NCBI RefSeq assembly: GCF_964355755.1
Contig: NC_092670.1
Coordinates: 2,036,201-2,100,200 of the forward strand
Direction: 5' to 3'
DNA from: Antedon mediterranea
Lineage: Eukaryota > Animalia > Echinodermata
Length of the DNA: 64,000 bases
Shown: piece after piece, positions 27,901-39,900 of the stretch
Layout of the letters: every line of letters begins with the position of its first letter
How positions within the stretch are numbered: the stretch's first letter is position 1
The notes under the pieces: model-generated
The model's database searches: none
What the model saw: the letters and a program-made list of their open reading frames with translations, nothing else
What the model was told of the DNA's origin: nothing
Made by a program: the position numbers and the translations under genes

Positions 27901-30900
27901 ACAGATGTAGATACCACTTAAGTTTATCGATTTGAATTCATATACCTAATTCATAATGATCAAAAGGATTTCCATAATAATCTGTCTTCAAGCCACCGAC
28001 CATATCCTTATTTTTATCGCTTAGATCACAGTCAAAATCTTCTTTGTAATAATCAAAAGATCGACAAACAAACGATGTTTCTTCAATACAGCGTCTGGCA
28101 CATTCCTCTGGGAAAACATTGTATAAGTGGCGGTTGTTATGACCTGATATGGCAGAATCTGGATACCTTGTAAATTTTGGCAAATCTATAAAAAAAGGAA
28201 AACAATTTAAATGTTAATATACATATTATATTGTACAGCACAATTTATAGTTATATTATTGTTAAAACTGTACATTTAATGTATTATCATTTATTATACT
28301 GCCCTTTAAACTTGCCAATTGAGTTGACATTTTAAAGCAAATGGTACCATAGGCACTTACCAGGTTCTATTTCGACTGGTTCGTTTGTTGTGATAGTACC
28401 TGTAAAAAACACATTTAAAACAGTGTGAAGCAAAGCAACCCGTTTTAACACTTTACAACATGGCATGCATTTAAATACATTATAATTGGGATTTCTTCAA
28501 TCAGACATAGTAAATAAAAATACCAAACTACCTCTGTCATAGTCATCATAATGAGCGCCAAAATAATCGGTTTTAATCCACCAACCATGTCTTTATCCTT
28601 GTTTACACCAAGACATTGTGTTTCTAGAACTCGCTGTATTGATTTATTACCAATGTACATATGTTCATTTTAATAATTTTAAATTTTACGTTTAGAAACA
28701 TTTTATATAATTCGTGTTGGATGTATTAAGAGTTAATTTATTATGCTTAAGCTACTTTGAAACTTTCAGTAACTCATCATTGACAATTTTAAATAAGGTA
28801 TTTAATCTTGGATGACAGAAACAAATATTTGTGTCGTCAGCAAATAAAATAAAATGTTGTAATTTAGAACTATTACGTATTTCATTAACAAAAATAAAAA
28901 ATAAATGGTGGTCCAAGAATCGATCCTTGGGGAACACCACAAGTTAAACGGGAATGGGAAGAGTTAAACTTATTTAGAGAAGTAAACTGAAAACGATTGG
29001 AAAGGTAGTTTTTAATAAGTTTTAAAGGAAGGCCTCTGATACCGTAATTTCTCATTTTTACTTTGTAATTTTTTCAAAGATATCTAAGGCAAAATCTGTT
29101 GAGTAATTTTTTCTGAAACCATATTGGCATTTAAATAAAAGTTTGTTTTTAGTTTAAAAAGAAAAAAATCTGTTATGTATGTATGTCAATTTTTTTTAAA
29201 TATTGTTTTTATGAAGATCAATTTTGTCACTGTATTATTCTTTTTGAGCAGTACGGAAGATTTTGGTAAGTACATTTTGATATTTAACATATTTATCTTT
29301 GTTCTTTTGTTTTTTAGATGTAAGAAATGTTGTATATAATTTGTGTTTTTATTTATCGATATATTTAGGCCTAAAGATGTATTGTCCCCTGTTTTTGTTG
29401 AATATGCCATTTTAATGTAACATAATAGTTATCCACTTTGACCAAAAAAAAATTGGATAAAAAAAATGTATCTTAACTGACAAAACTGTAATATAAAGCA
29501 AAAAATGGTCAAATTGGCTGCCAGCCAATTGGTTTTTGGTTGAATTTAACCATTTATTTTGTCATTTTATAAGTGAAAACATTATTTTTTCCAGGGTTTT
29601 TTCTATGGAAGTGATTAACTTTATTAAAACTACAAAATAACATATTCAAAGTCTAATTTAATTAATCTTCATTTTTTATGTTTTTGGGGGACAATACATC
29701 TTTAACTAGACCTTAGTTATCCAAGGATTTTTCTCTGGTGCTTAGTTGTGTTAATTGATCTTATCTCCATAATTGAGGCACACACATACTTACCAGAAGC
29801 TGGCTTAACTACTGTCGTTGTCTCTGTTGTGGTAGAAATGTCTGTAAAATAACATTTTTTATTACAAAATATGAATACAAGATATGCAAATGTATGCATT
29901 TCAAAACAGTTAATTTTGGTAGAGTTATGATACAGATGTACATTTTACATAGCTAAGTTTCGGACATTACGTATGATATACAGATGTAGATACCATTTAA
30001 GTTTATTGATTTGAATTCATTTACCTAATTCATAATAATCATACGGATTGCCATAAGTTGGCTTCAAGTGACCGACCATATCCTTATTTTTTTCGCTTAG
30101 ATAACACTTTAATGTGGTTTTGTCATAATCAAAAGATAGACAAACAAACGATGTTTCTTTAATACATATTTCAGCACATTCTTCTGGGTTAACATGTTCT
30201 AATTGGCGGTTGTTATGACCATCAATGGAAAAGTCTGGATACAATTTAAATTTTGACAAATCTACAACAAAAAATGGAAATTTTAATTTTAATTTTATAG
30301 GCCTATATACAGTACAATTTAAAATGTATTATTGTTAAAACTGGGCATCTGCGCATTTAATCATCTATCATACTGCCCTTTAAACTTGTCAATTAAGTAG
30401 TAGCTGGTAGGATATCGCTGCTGTCAAATGGTACCATAGGTATACTGCACAAATTCTAGTAAATTCATTAATCAATACAAATTTGAATAACATGTATATG
30501 CTTAGTATAAAACAAAAAAAGATTTTGTGAAACATGTTCAAATATCAATGTATCACAAGCCGTTCAATGATGTGCATATAGTATAATAACTTGTTTTTAC
30601 CTCGTATTGTCTGAGTTGGTTCCGCCCGAGTCGGTTCCGCCCGAGTCGGTTCCGCCCGAGTCGGTTCCGCTCGAGTCGGTTCCGCTCGAGTCGGTTCCGC
30701 CCGAGTCGGTTCCGCTCGAGTTGGTTCCGCTGGAGTCGGTTCCGCCCGAGTCGATGATTGATCGGTTGTGCCAGTTCCTGTAAAAAAAATTAATGTTCTA
30801 ATGTAAATTTGGATGCTTAATTTCCTTCCCTTTAGCATGTAATAAAAATGACATCAGTACAAACCAATAATTACAAGCTCTACAGATGAGTATTACAACC

Positions 30901-33900
30901 TTTTCCGTACGGGACAAATTATAGATACAACAGTAGCGCGAATTGGCTACGTGAGACTACAAATGTAATGTTATGTTAAACAAATTAATATTTCACCCAA
31001 ATTTTGACCTATTTCAAACCCTCTTTTACCCTTATTTATTTATTTGTTTGTTTGTCTTGTCTTTGTCTATACTTGGTCTCTTGCGTAGTGTATGTACCGT
31101 CTGTAACCCCTGTTTGTCTCTGTCTATGAACATTTGATCCAAATTTTTTTATACAACTTTTTTCCTGGTGGAACCTGTCGTAAAGCTCTTTGAGCTTATT
31201 TGTGTTTTCTCCAGATACAATGCATTTATATTAACTTGATTCATACTTTGTCAACATATTTTGAAATTTGCTTTGTATAAATAAATGAATGAATGAATGA
31301 ATGAAAATGACGCCAACCCACCTCTTTCATAACGGTCAAAACCATAATCCGTCTTTAATCCTCCAGACTGCTTCTTATCTTTAGGGCTTAAAACACATTC
31401 GTGATTGTTTTTGTCATAATCAAAAGATATACAAGTAAATGATTGTACGTTGTTGCAACGTTTAGCGCAATCTTCTGGTGATACATCGTAGTAATGAACT
31501 TTAAGTGTGCTGTAACGATTTACCGTAGACTCTGGATATCTTGTAAATTCTAATAAAGCTGAAGCTAAATTTGAGTAAAGATCAACGTGAATATTAGCGT
31601 TATAATTAGTATAGTGGTAAGAAGAATAGAAGGCTACGTAACATAAACTATTCAACGACACCAGTAAAGGCGAAACGTTTGGCCACTGATACATAAACTG
31701 TTGCGCACTTATCTACTAAGAAGACTGACATACGTAGTTGATGTAAATTGCTCTATTCTCCATCTAATAGGATATTGCTATCATACTCTTGTTTAACATA
31801 TTTTTTGCGCATGGTATCATATCTAAAAGAATCGAATACATGTCCTTGAAAATTGTATCAAGGTACTATACAATACCCTCTATGTTGGACAGAAGTAAGA
31901 TAGGATAGTAGACTTGACCACTGCGCTACTGCTGTTGGTCAGAAGTAGGATTAGTGTCAACTTGACCACTGCGCTACTGCTGTTGGTCAAAAGTAGGATA
32001 GGATAGTAGACTTGACCACTGCGCTACTGCTGTTGGACAGAAGTAGGATTAGTGTCAACTTGACCACTGCGCTACAAAATCAAATTCCACCTACCACATT
32101 CGCTTTCCATGGGAATATAACACAAATCCCATCTTGTGTTTTGATCTGTTGTATAACACCAAGCGAATCCAGAATAACCATCGGGATGACGACAGAAATT
32201 GTGATCTCCTAAACCGTTACCGGGACTCTTTTCGGGAGTGTCTGTGTGTTCATGAGGCGTCTGTGATGTCCATTTTTGGCACGTTTTGCCAGACTTTGTG
32301 ACGCTAACCGTGCCTCTATAATCAGCAGCATCTACTCTTTCGTAGCACTCTTAAAAATACACAATTACGTACACAGTATGAGTACAAACATCTATTTTGG
32401 CCAATAAAAATCTTTTAACCTCTTTTGCAAGATACCATTTACAACATCATAATATAGAATATTGATATTTTGATTTAAACCAAGAATGATGAGAAAATAT
32501 ACTTTTAGTATGTTATCTTTGAGTCTGACAAATGCAGCTTAAAGTTGTGTTAATGGATCTTATCTCCATAATTGAGGCACACACATACTTACCAGAAGCT
32601 GGCTGAACTACTGTCGTTGTCTCTGTTGTGGTAAGAATGTCTGTAAAATAACATTTTAATAACAAAATGTGAATACAATATATGCAAATGTATGCATTTA
32701 AAAACAGTTAATTTTGGTTTTGTAGAGTTATGATACAGATGTATTTAACATTTTACGTAATTGAGTTTCGGACTTTACGTATGATATAGATGTAGATACC
32801 ACTTAAGTTTATCGATTTGAATTCATATACCTAATTCATAATGATCAAAAGGATTTCCATAATAATCTGTCTTCAAGCCACCGACCATATCCTTATTTTT
32901 ATCGCTTAGATCACAGTCAAAATCTTCTTTGTAATAATCAAAAGATCGACAAATAAACGATGTTTCTTCAATACAGCGTCTGGCACATTCCTCTGGGAAA
33001 ACATTGTATAAGTGGCGGTTGTTATGACCTGATATGGCAGAGTCTGGATACCTTGTAAATTTTGGCAAATCTATAAAAAAAGGAAAACAATTTAAATGTT
33101 AATATACATATTATACTGTACAGCACAATTTATAGTTATATTATTGTTAAAACTGTACATTTAATGTATTATCATTTATTATACTGCCCTTTAAACTTGC
33201 CAATTGAGTTGACATTTTAAAGCAAATGGTACCATAGGAATACGGCACTTACCAAGTTCTATTTCAACTGGTTCGTTTGTTGTGATAGTACCTGTAAAAA
33301 ACACATTTAAAACAGTGTGAAGCAAAAATTACATTGTTAAAACTTATTTAAATAAACTATAATTGGGAGTTTTAGTCACAGATATAGTAAATATTAACCA
33401 TGTCAGAAAACTACAGGTGCATAATTAAATATACCATCGCTAAAAATAAATTGGCCTTCAAACAATCTCCTCAACGATTTCCTGGTTCACGTTCGTACGA
33501 TTTCCTGGTGCACGTTCGTACCATTTCTAACCGGATAGTTCATGTCGGAGACAGGTACCGTATTAGAACGTTCTATCTCATATCTAGGTACCTCCAGGAG
33601 TAAAGCTGTTTAATCACTTAAATTAATAACTCTTGTATAGTTATAATGTTATATTTAACACAAAATTCAAATGCAACGCTTATGTAGAATGTTGTTAAGT
33701 ATCGATATATTTCATTTTGTTTTTAATAAGAAAGTTGTACAATAGGCCTACATAGGCCTACATATTAAATAAACAATGATTTTCCTCACAACACACTTTT
33801 ATAATCGAATAAAGAAGTAGTACTGTGTGTAATTTTAGTTCAAATAAAAATACCCAACTACCTCTTTCATAGTGGTCGTAATGAGTGCCAAAATAATCTG

Positions 33901-36900
33901 TTTTTAAGCCACCGACCATGTCCTTATCCTTTTCACTTAAGTGACAATCACCCTCATCAACTTTATAATCAAAAGATCGACACACAAACGTTGCTTCTTG
34001 ATTACATCGTTCAGCACATTCCTCTGGTGAAACGTCATACAGATCTTTGTTGTTGTAACCATATATTGCAGCGTTTGGATATCTTGTGTAATCTAATAAG
34101 ATTGAATCTAAAAAAAGTGGAAAGTAACATTTGTAAATGTACTGTATATGTGTCTACAAACCTAATTGAGCGTGGTTCTCACTAGAGACGCAATGCAAGG
34201 ACGTACGCGCAACGCAAGCGAGTTGACCAATGATAAGCCACTGTTCGAATAATCCATCGCTTGTGATTGGTCAAATCACTTACGTTGCGTTACGTCCTTG
34301 CGTTGCGTTGCGTCGCTAGTGGGAACCAAGCTTTAGCGTGCAACGTATAAGTAAAATAAGGTCGTTATATATAAATTATACTTAATTCTGAACACAATAG
34401 AAATACTTCTGTATGGATCTCCTTCAAAGATAAACTATCTCAGCGCGATCGTTATCGTCCTATATGAACATGCCTCTGATGAGCATCTAATAACGATAAA
34501 TTAGCAAACCTAGTCATACAGTATTCTTTCGCTTGTGCAGTTCAAGTTGAAGAATGTTTTATTCAATTTCACTAATAATCTAATATTTACTTTTTATTTT
34601 AATAGATATACCGCACTACATCTAGAAAGAAGTTTATACTTGATAAACTGTATCAAGTGAAACCTTACCGGATTGTGTTGTTTCTGCTTCAGTCATGGTT
34701 GTACCTGCTGAAAAGATTGTAGAGAGGTATTTATAATGATTAATTGTTACACGTTCATAAAATGGTACTTTATTTAACAAAATATGGTTTTTATTTAGAC
34801 TTCAGATCGGTTATTGTTATTAATAATCAAATATGTTAAATGAAAATGACCCATAGAGAAATAAAGATTACCTGCAGTTGGTGCTTCCGTTGGGATGAAA
34901 ACTGTAAAAAAAGTATATAAATATAAATATAGTTAATACCCAGTGTCCATAAAAAATGTCATATTGGACTTTTGTTGCAAATACAGTACAAAATAAAATA
35001 TAAAAACATTACAAAAGTAAATCAATGAGGCAGGATCACCTAAAAGTTATAAATAAATATAACCGTCGAGAGGTCTCCACATAGAAATACTTACATGAAA
35101 TGAATAACATACATAAAAAAACTCATAGTAGGCTAATTATAAATATATTAAACCTACCTCTCTGATAATAATCGATCGGGATATTTTTAAAATAATTTAA
35201 CTCTAAACCACCACGAACCATATCCTTAGTTACTGAACTTAATTCACAGTTTCTATCTTCTCTGTAGTATTCAAAAGAGCGGCAAGTAAAAGACGTTTGC
35301 TCATTACACTTTTTGGCGCAGACGTCTATCGAAACACCCGTCAAATACATACTGTTCTGACCAGGTAAAGCGTGATCGGGATATACTCTGTAGTTTAATA
35401 AGGCTGAGTCTGAAATAAAAAAATTAAAAATGAGTATTAAATGCGAACATTGCAATGAAAGGAGATGTAATGACCCAAGTATATTACTTCAAAATGTGAA
35501 AATAATCAGCGTTGTTAATTACCCACTTTCTTACAAGAAGATTAAGGATACATAATCCCATATTTTACCGCAAGCCATACGCATTTTAAGCGGAAAAGGA
35601 TGAAATAACTAATATGCCCTATCTCAGTGCTACAAAGACGACGACGATAATGATTTTAAACAAAGAAACTTGACTCAAAGCAGGCTATTTTGTATTTTTC
35701 TTGAATTAAATACTTTGAATATACATACCTCTTTCATAATGGTCAATATGATCAACATTTGTCCTTAAGCCACCAACCGCCGTCTCCTTATCATATCTAC
35801 TTAATCTGCATTCATGATTGCTTACGTCATAATCAAATGATCGACAAATAAACGTATATGCTTCATTACATTGTTTAGCGCATTCTTCTGGTGAGACATT
35901 GTTCAGTTGTATGTTGTTGTAAGAATATATCTCAGAGTTTGGATATCTTGTGTAATCTAGTAAAGCTGAATCTAAAAGGTAGAAAGTAACATTTGTTATT
36001 GTACTGGGTATAACAATCTGACCAACTTTGCTTTGATGGTCAAACTTGGCTGGTTTGCAGAATTAAACCTGCCTAAATGTGGGTGTTCAGAGAAATGTTG
36101 TTGAACAAGCCAATTTGTTTTTGTTTTCTTTGTTAAAATGAATACCATACCACAATATCTTACCTCTTTCGTAATGATCAAACGGATTGCCAATATAATC
36201 TGTCTTTAAGCCATCGACCATATCCTTATTTTTATCGCTTAGGTCACACTCCCGATCTTCTTTGTAATAATCAAAAGATAGACAAATGAACGATGTTTCT
36301 TGATTACAGTGTTTAGCACATTCTTCTGCAGAAACATTGTTCAGGTGGATGTTGTTGTGACCATATATGGCAGAGTCTGGATATCTTAAATATTGTGGCA
36401 CAGCTACAGTAAATGAAGAAACGTGCAAAATAATGATTTAAAGAGAAGTCTATAACCCTAAAATAAAGGATGAATTAGTTCATAAACCTTTCGAAATGTC
36501 ATCATACTTTTACACTTGTTAAGATTGAGTTATATAACTTTAAAATCGGGCGGTGCCTGTGGCAGGTCGATGAAAGGTCTACTATCCATAAGCAACACTG
36601 TGGGCATGTGATGATGCGTATTTTCATTTTCTACTATAAAAAAAACAACATACACATTGCCATATACTTACAAGGTGCTGGTTTAACTGGTTCGTCTCTT
36701 GTGATATTACCTGTAAAAAATATTTGATAAAGTGTTTCGTTTTTACATGGTAGTACTCAATAAACATGTGTAATGCAACGACATTCATTTTAAATGTAAT
36801 GATATTGGGGACTTTAAAAAAAAATAAATCTCTTCCTAGTGCAGTCAGTGGCCCAATACGCTACGTCTCCTCCGTATTTGCATGTTTAACAACTGAATTT

Positions 36901-39900
36901 GTAAAGGGGTACATAAAGAAAGACGAACAGTTAAAAGGAGACTTTAAACGAGTCAATTTATTAATTTGGTTTTGTTTTGGTCCAAGTAAATGTATACGCT
37001 GCATGCTGCTAATTACCTCTTTCGTAATAGTCATAATGGCTAGAAACATAATCTGTCTTTAAACCACCAACCATGTCCTTATCCTTTTCACTTAAGTTAC
37101 ATTCCTTATTATTGACGTCATAATCAAACGATCGACAAACAAACGACGTCTCTTGGTTGCAGTGTTGGGCACATTCTTCTGGTAGAACATCGTAGTAATG
37201 TAGGTTGTTATAGCCGTATATTGCAGCGTACGGGTGTTTTGTATAATCTAATAAAATGGTATCTAAAAAATGGAAACTAAATTAATTGTATACTAGGTAA
37301 ACGCGGCCAATTTTCCAAAAACTAATTTACATAGAGTGAGTGAATGAGGGAGGTGTAATGTTGATACAATTGTGTTTATGACTGCCTAATATCCTTGTTA
37401 GCCTGTAGTGTATACATCGGTTCAAAAAGTGGAAGAATTCACTTTAAATTGAATCTTTGATTTGAAAAATCATTTAGAAAATACATACAAAATAATAACA
37501 TTGACTACTATCATTAGAAAAATACATTTGAGTTACGGTGAGTTAACTTATAGCTATTTTTTCCTTACTATTTTTAATATACTTTAAAATACAATGAGTT
37601 TACGAAACAGATCACGATCGCAAATCAATCTTCATCATCTAGTTGTCTTAAGAATCGTGATATAATCTTTGTTCATACCATAATGTTTCATAAACTCAAT
37701 GTTTAAATAGGTAAACTTATCAACCCAAATATTACCTGATACTGTTGCTGCTAGACTTCTACAGTCATCTTTCTGTATCCCGAGAAAGCAGAATTCCCAC
37801 GTAATATAATAATCGGTTGAATAACACCAAGCGAAAGCTTTTCCATCTGGATTACGGCAATAATTGTGATCTCCCAAACCTCCGTAGGGATAGTCTTCGA
37901 TATCGAAGTTCCATGCTGACGTCCATTTCTTGCAAGCAGTGCCAGATTTGGTCACGCCAACCGTACCTCTATAATCAGAAGCATCTACTCTGTCGTAGCA
38001 TTCTACCAGAAGATGATAGTTTCAGATTCAGATTCGATTTATTAAGTCATTCATACATAGTATAATAATAATTGTTTTCTTGGCAGAAAAACACAAGCAA
38101 AACAATACACACATAATATTTACATTCGTGATCAACATGGAACTTTACAACTGATCAAGCAATATAAAATATAGGCTAAAGACCTAATGACCTATCTTTT
38201 GAACTAATTTTTTAAACTGAAATTGATATATTATCTTTACTACTATAATTACTACTTTTGTGGATAATTTAAAACAATGATATAGTTTTTAACAAAAACG
38301 AATCATATGCTAAATAACATGCGGATCATCTGAGCATCAACCAATCGCCGTATATGACACAGTGACTTCACATCTTATACGAACAGTTCTTCAATACAAG
38401 AAACATTCATTGCTTAATTACTAGATTAATACCATCTCCTGAAAGAAGACAGTCATAGCATTATGCTGCCTCATCACCCTATTTTGTCCATAACTTACCT
38501 CTTTCCAAAAAGTCTGGGCTGCTGCTGAGCGACCAGGACGACAAATCTGAAATACGCAACAAATCAAACTTGTATTTTGTCGTGACTTCACGAAGAAACG
38601 CATAGAGATGCGCGAGAAAAAACGTTATTATTTTTTAGTCCGGTCACAAGCTGTAGCTCCACATACTATCTATTTCCAAGGTATCATAGGAATATTTGGT
38701 AACACAGTACAAGTTCTCATTTACATCACATTTAGCGTCTTTATCATGTAAGGTTAGGTTGAGGGTTAGGTTACTGATATATGTGAAACACGGAAATAGA
38801 CACAATACCGAGAATCGGTAGATAGATGTTATAAGTTAGCGTACGGTACTCTAATAGTGACCAATATACAATAATACGCGTTCTCGATCATCCGGGTGCT
38901 ATTCCACCCGGGGAGTATATTTGTATTACGAGTATCATTATCTACTTATCGTTGAGAATTTAAATCTACACATCATCAGGCCATGTATCAATTTTCTTTA
39001 AAAAATCATAAAAAGAAGGAATTCTCATGGTAGTAGGCCTAAATGTATGTTTATGATGTAAATTAGTTTTACAAAAACTATCCCGTATAACAATTTCGGC
39101 ACAAAAATGACATACAAAACAATACAGTTAAACGAAATGGCAATAACTGTAAAACCAAACATAGCAACTGCAAAAAGAGTTTTCTTTTAACATAAATAGG
39201 CGGCCTACATATGATATGATTTTAATAACTCAGAGAAATACAAATTGTGATTCAACTTAACAAATTTTTATTAAAATTTAGAAAATATATTTACTTACCA
39301 CAACTATCACGAGGGTTTCCGATGTTACAGTACTCCCACACTACAGATGGGTCTGTTGTGTAACACCACACGGTGTCCTTCCCATCTGGATTACGGCATT
39401 CATTAGATGTTAGACTGTCATCCGGGTAGTTTTCCCGCGTTTCGGAATGCGCGTGAGGCGTTTGTGACGACCATTCTTGACACAAAATCCCAGACCTTGT
39501 ATATCTGGCATATCCTCTATAATCGGAACCATCTTCTCTTTCAAAACACTCTGAATATAAAAGTATTTTAATAACTGCAAACTTTATGTTTATTAATCCT
39601 GTCTACTTTGTCTTGTTTATTATGTTAAGCCTAGTCTACTCTGATTTAGTTTTTAATCTCGAGCCAGGTGTTCCAACTTATGCCAGTGTAAACCAGTCAA
39701 CTTTGAAAAACTCAGTTTCATACAAAATCATGCCGCATCGCAACGTAACGACGCATCGCAACGTAACGACGCATCGAAAGAGAATTAAGCTCTGTCTACA
39801 CTATCAAACTAGTTTGACAAAAAAAAGTGTGATGTGCCCAAATATGGTAGTGATAATGCCTCATCGTACTTTATCATAATTAGGCCTATATGTTGCATAT

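Larger units (their letters stand above)
26430..33325. repeat. Recent intragenic segmental duplication: ~2 kb at 26430-28430 vs ~31300-33325, introns included
   Basis: Near-identical PAN-kringle-linker-PAN-linker blocks offset by ~4.87-4.89 kb (e.g. 27224/32095, 27946/32831). Confidence 0.9.
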
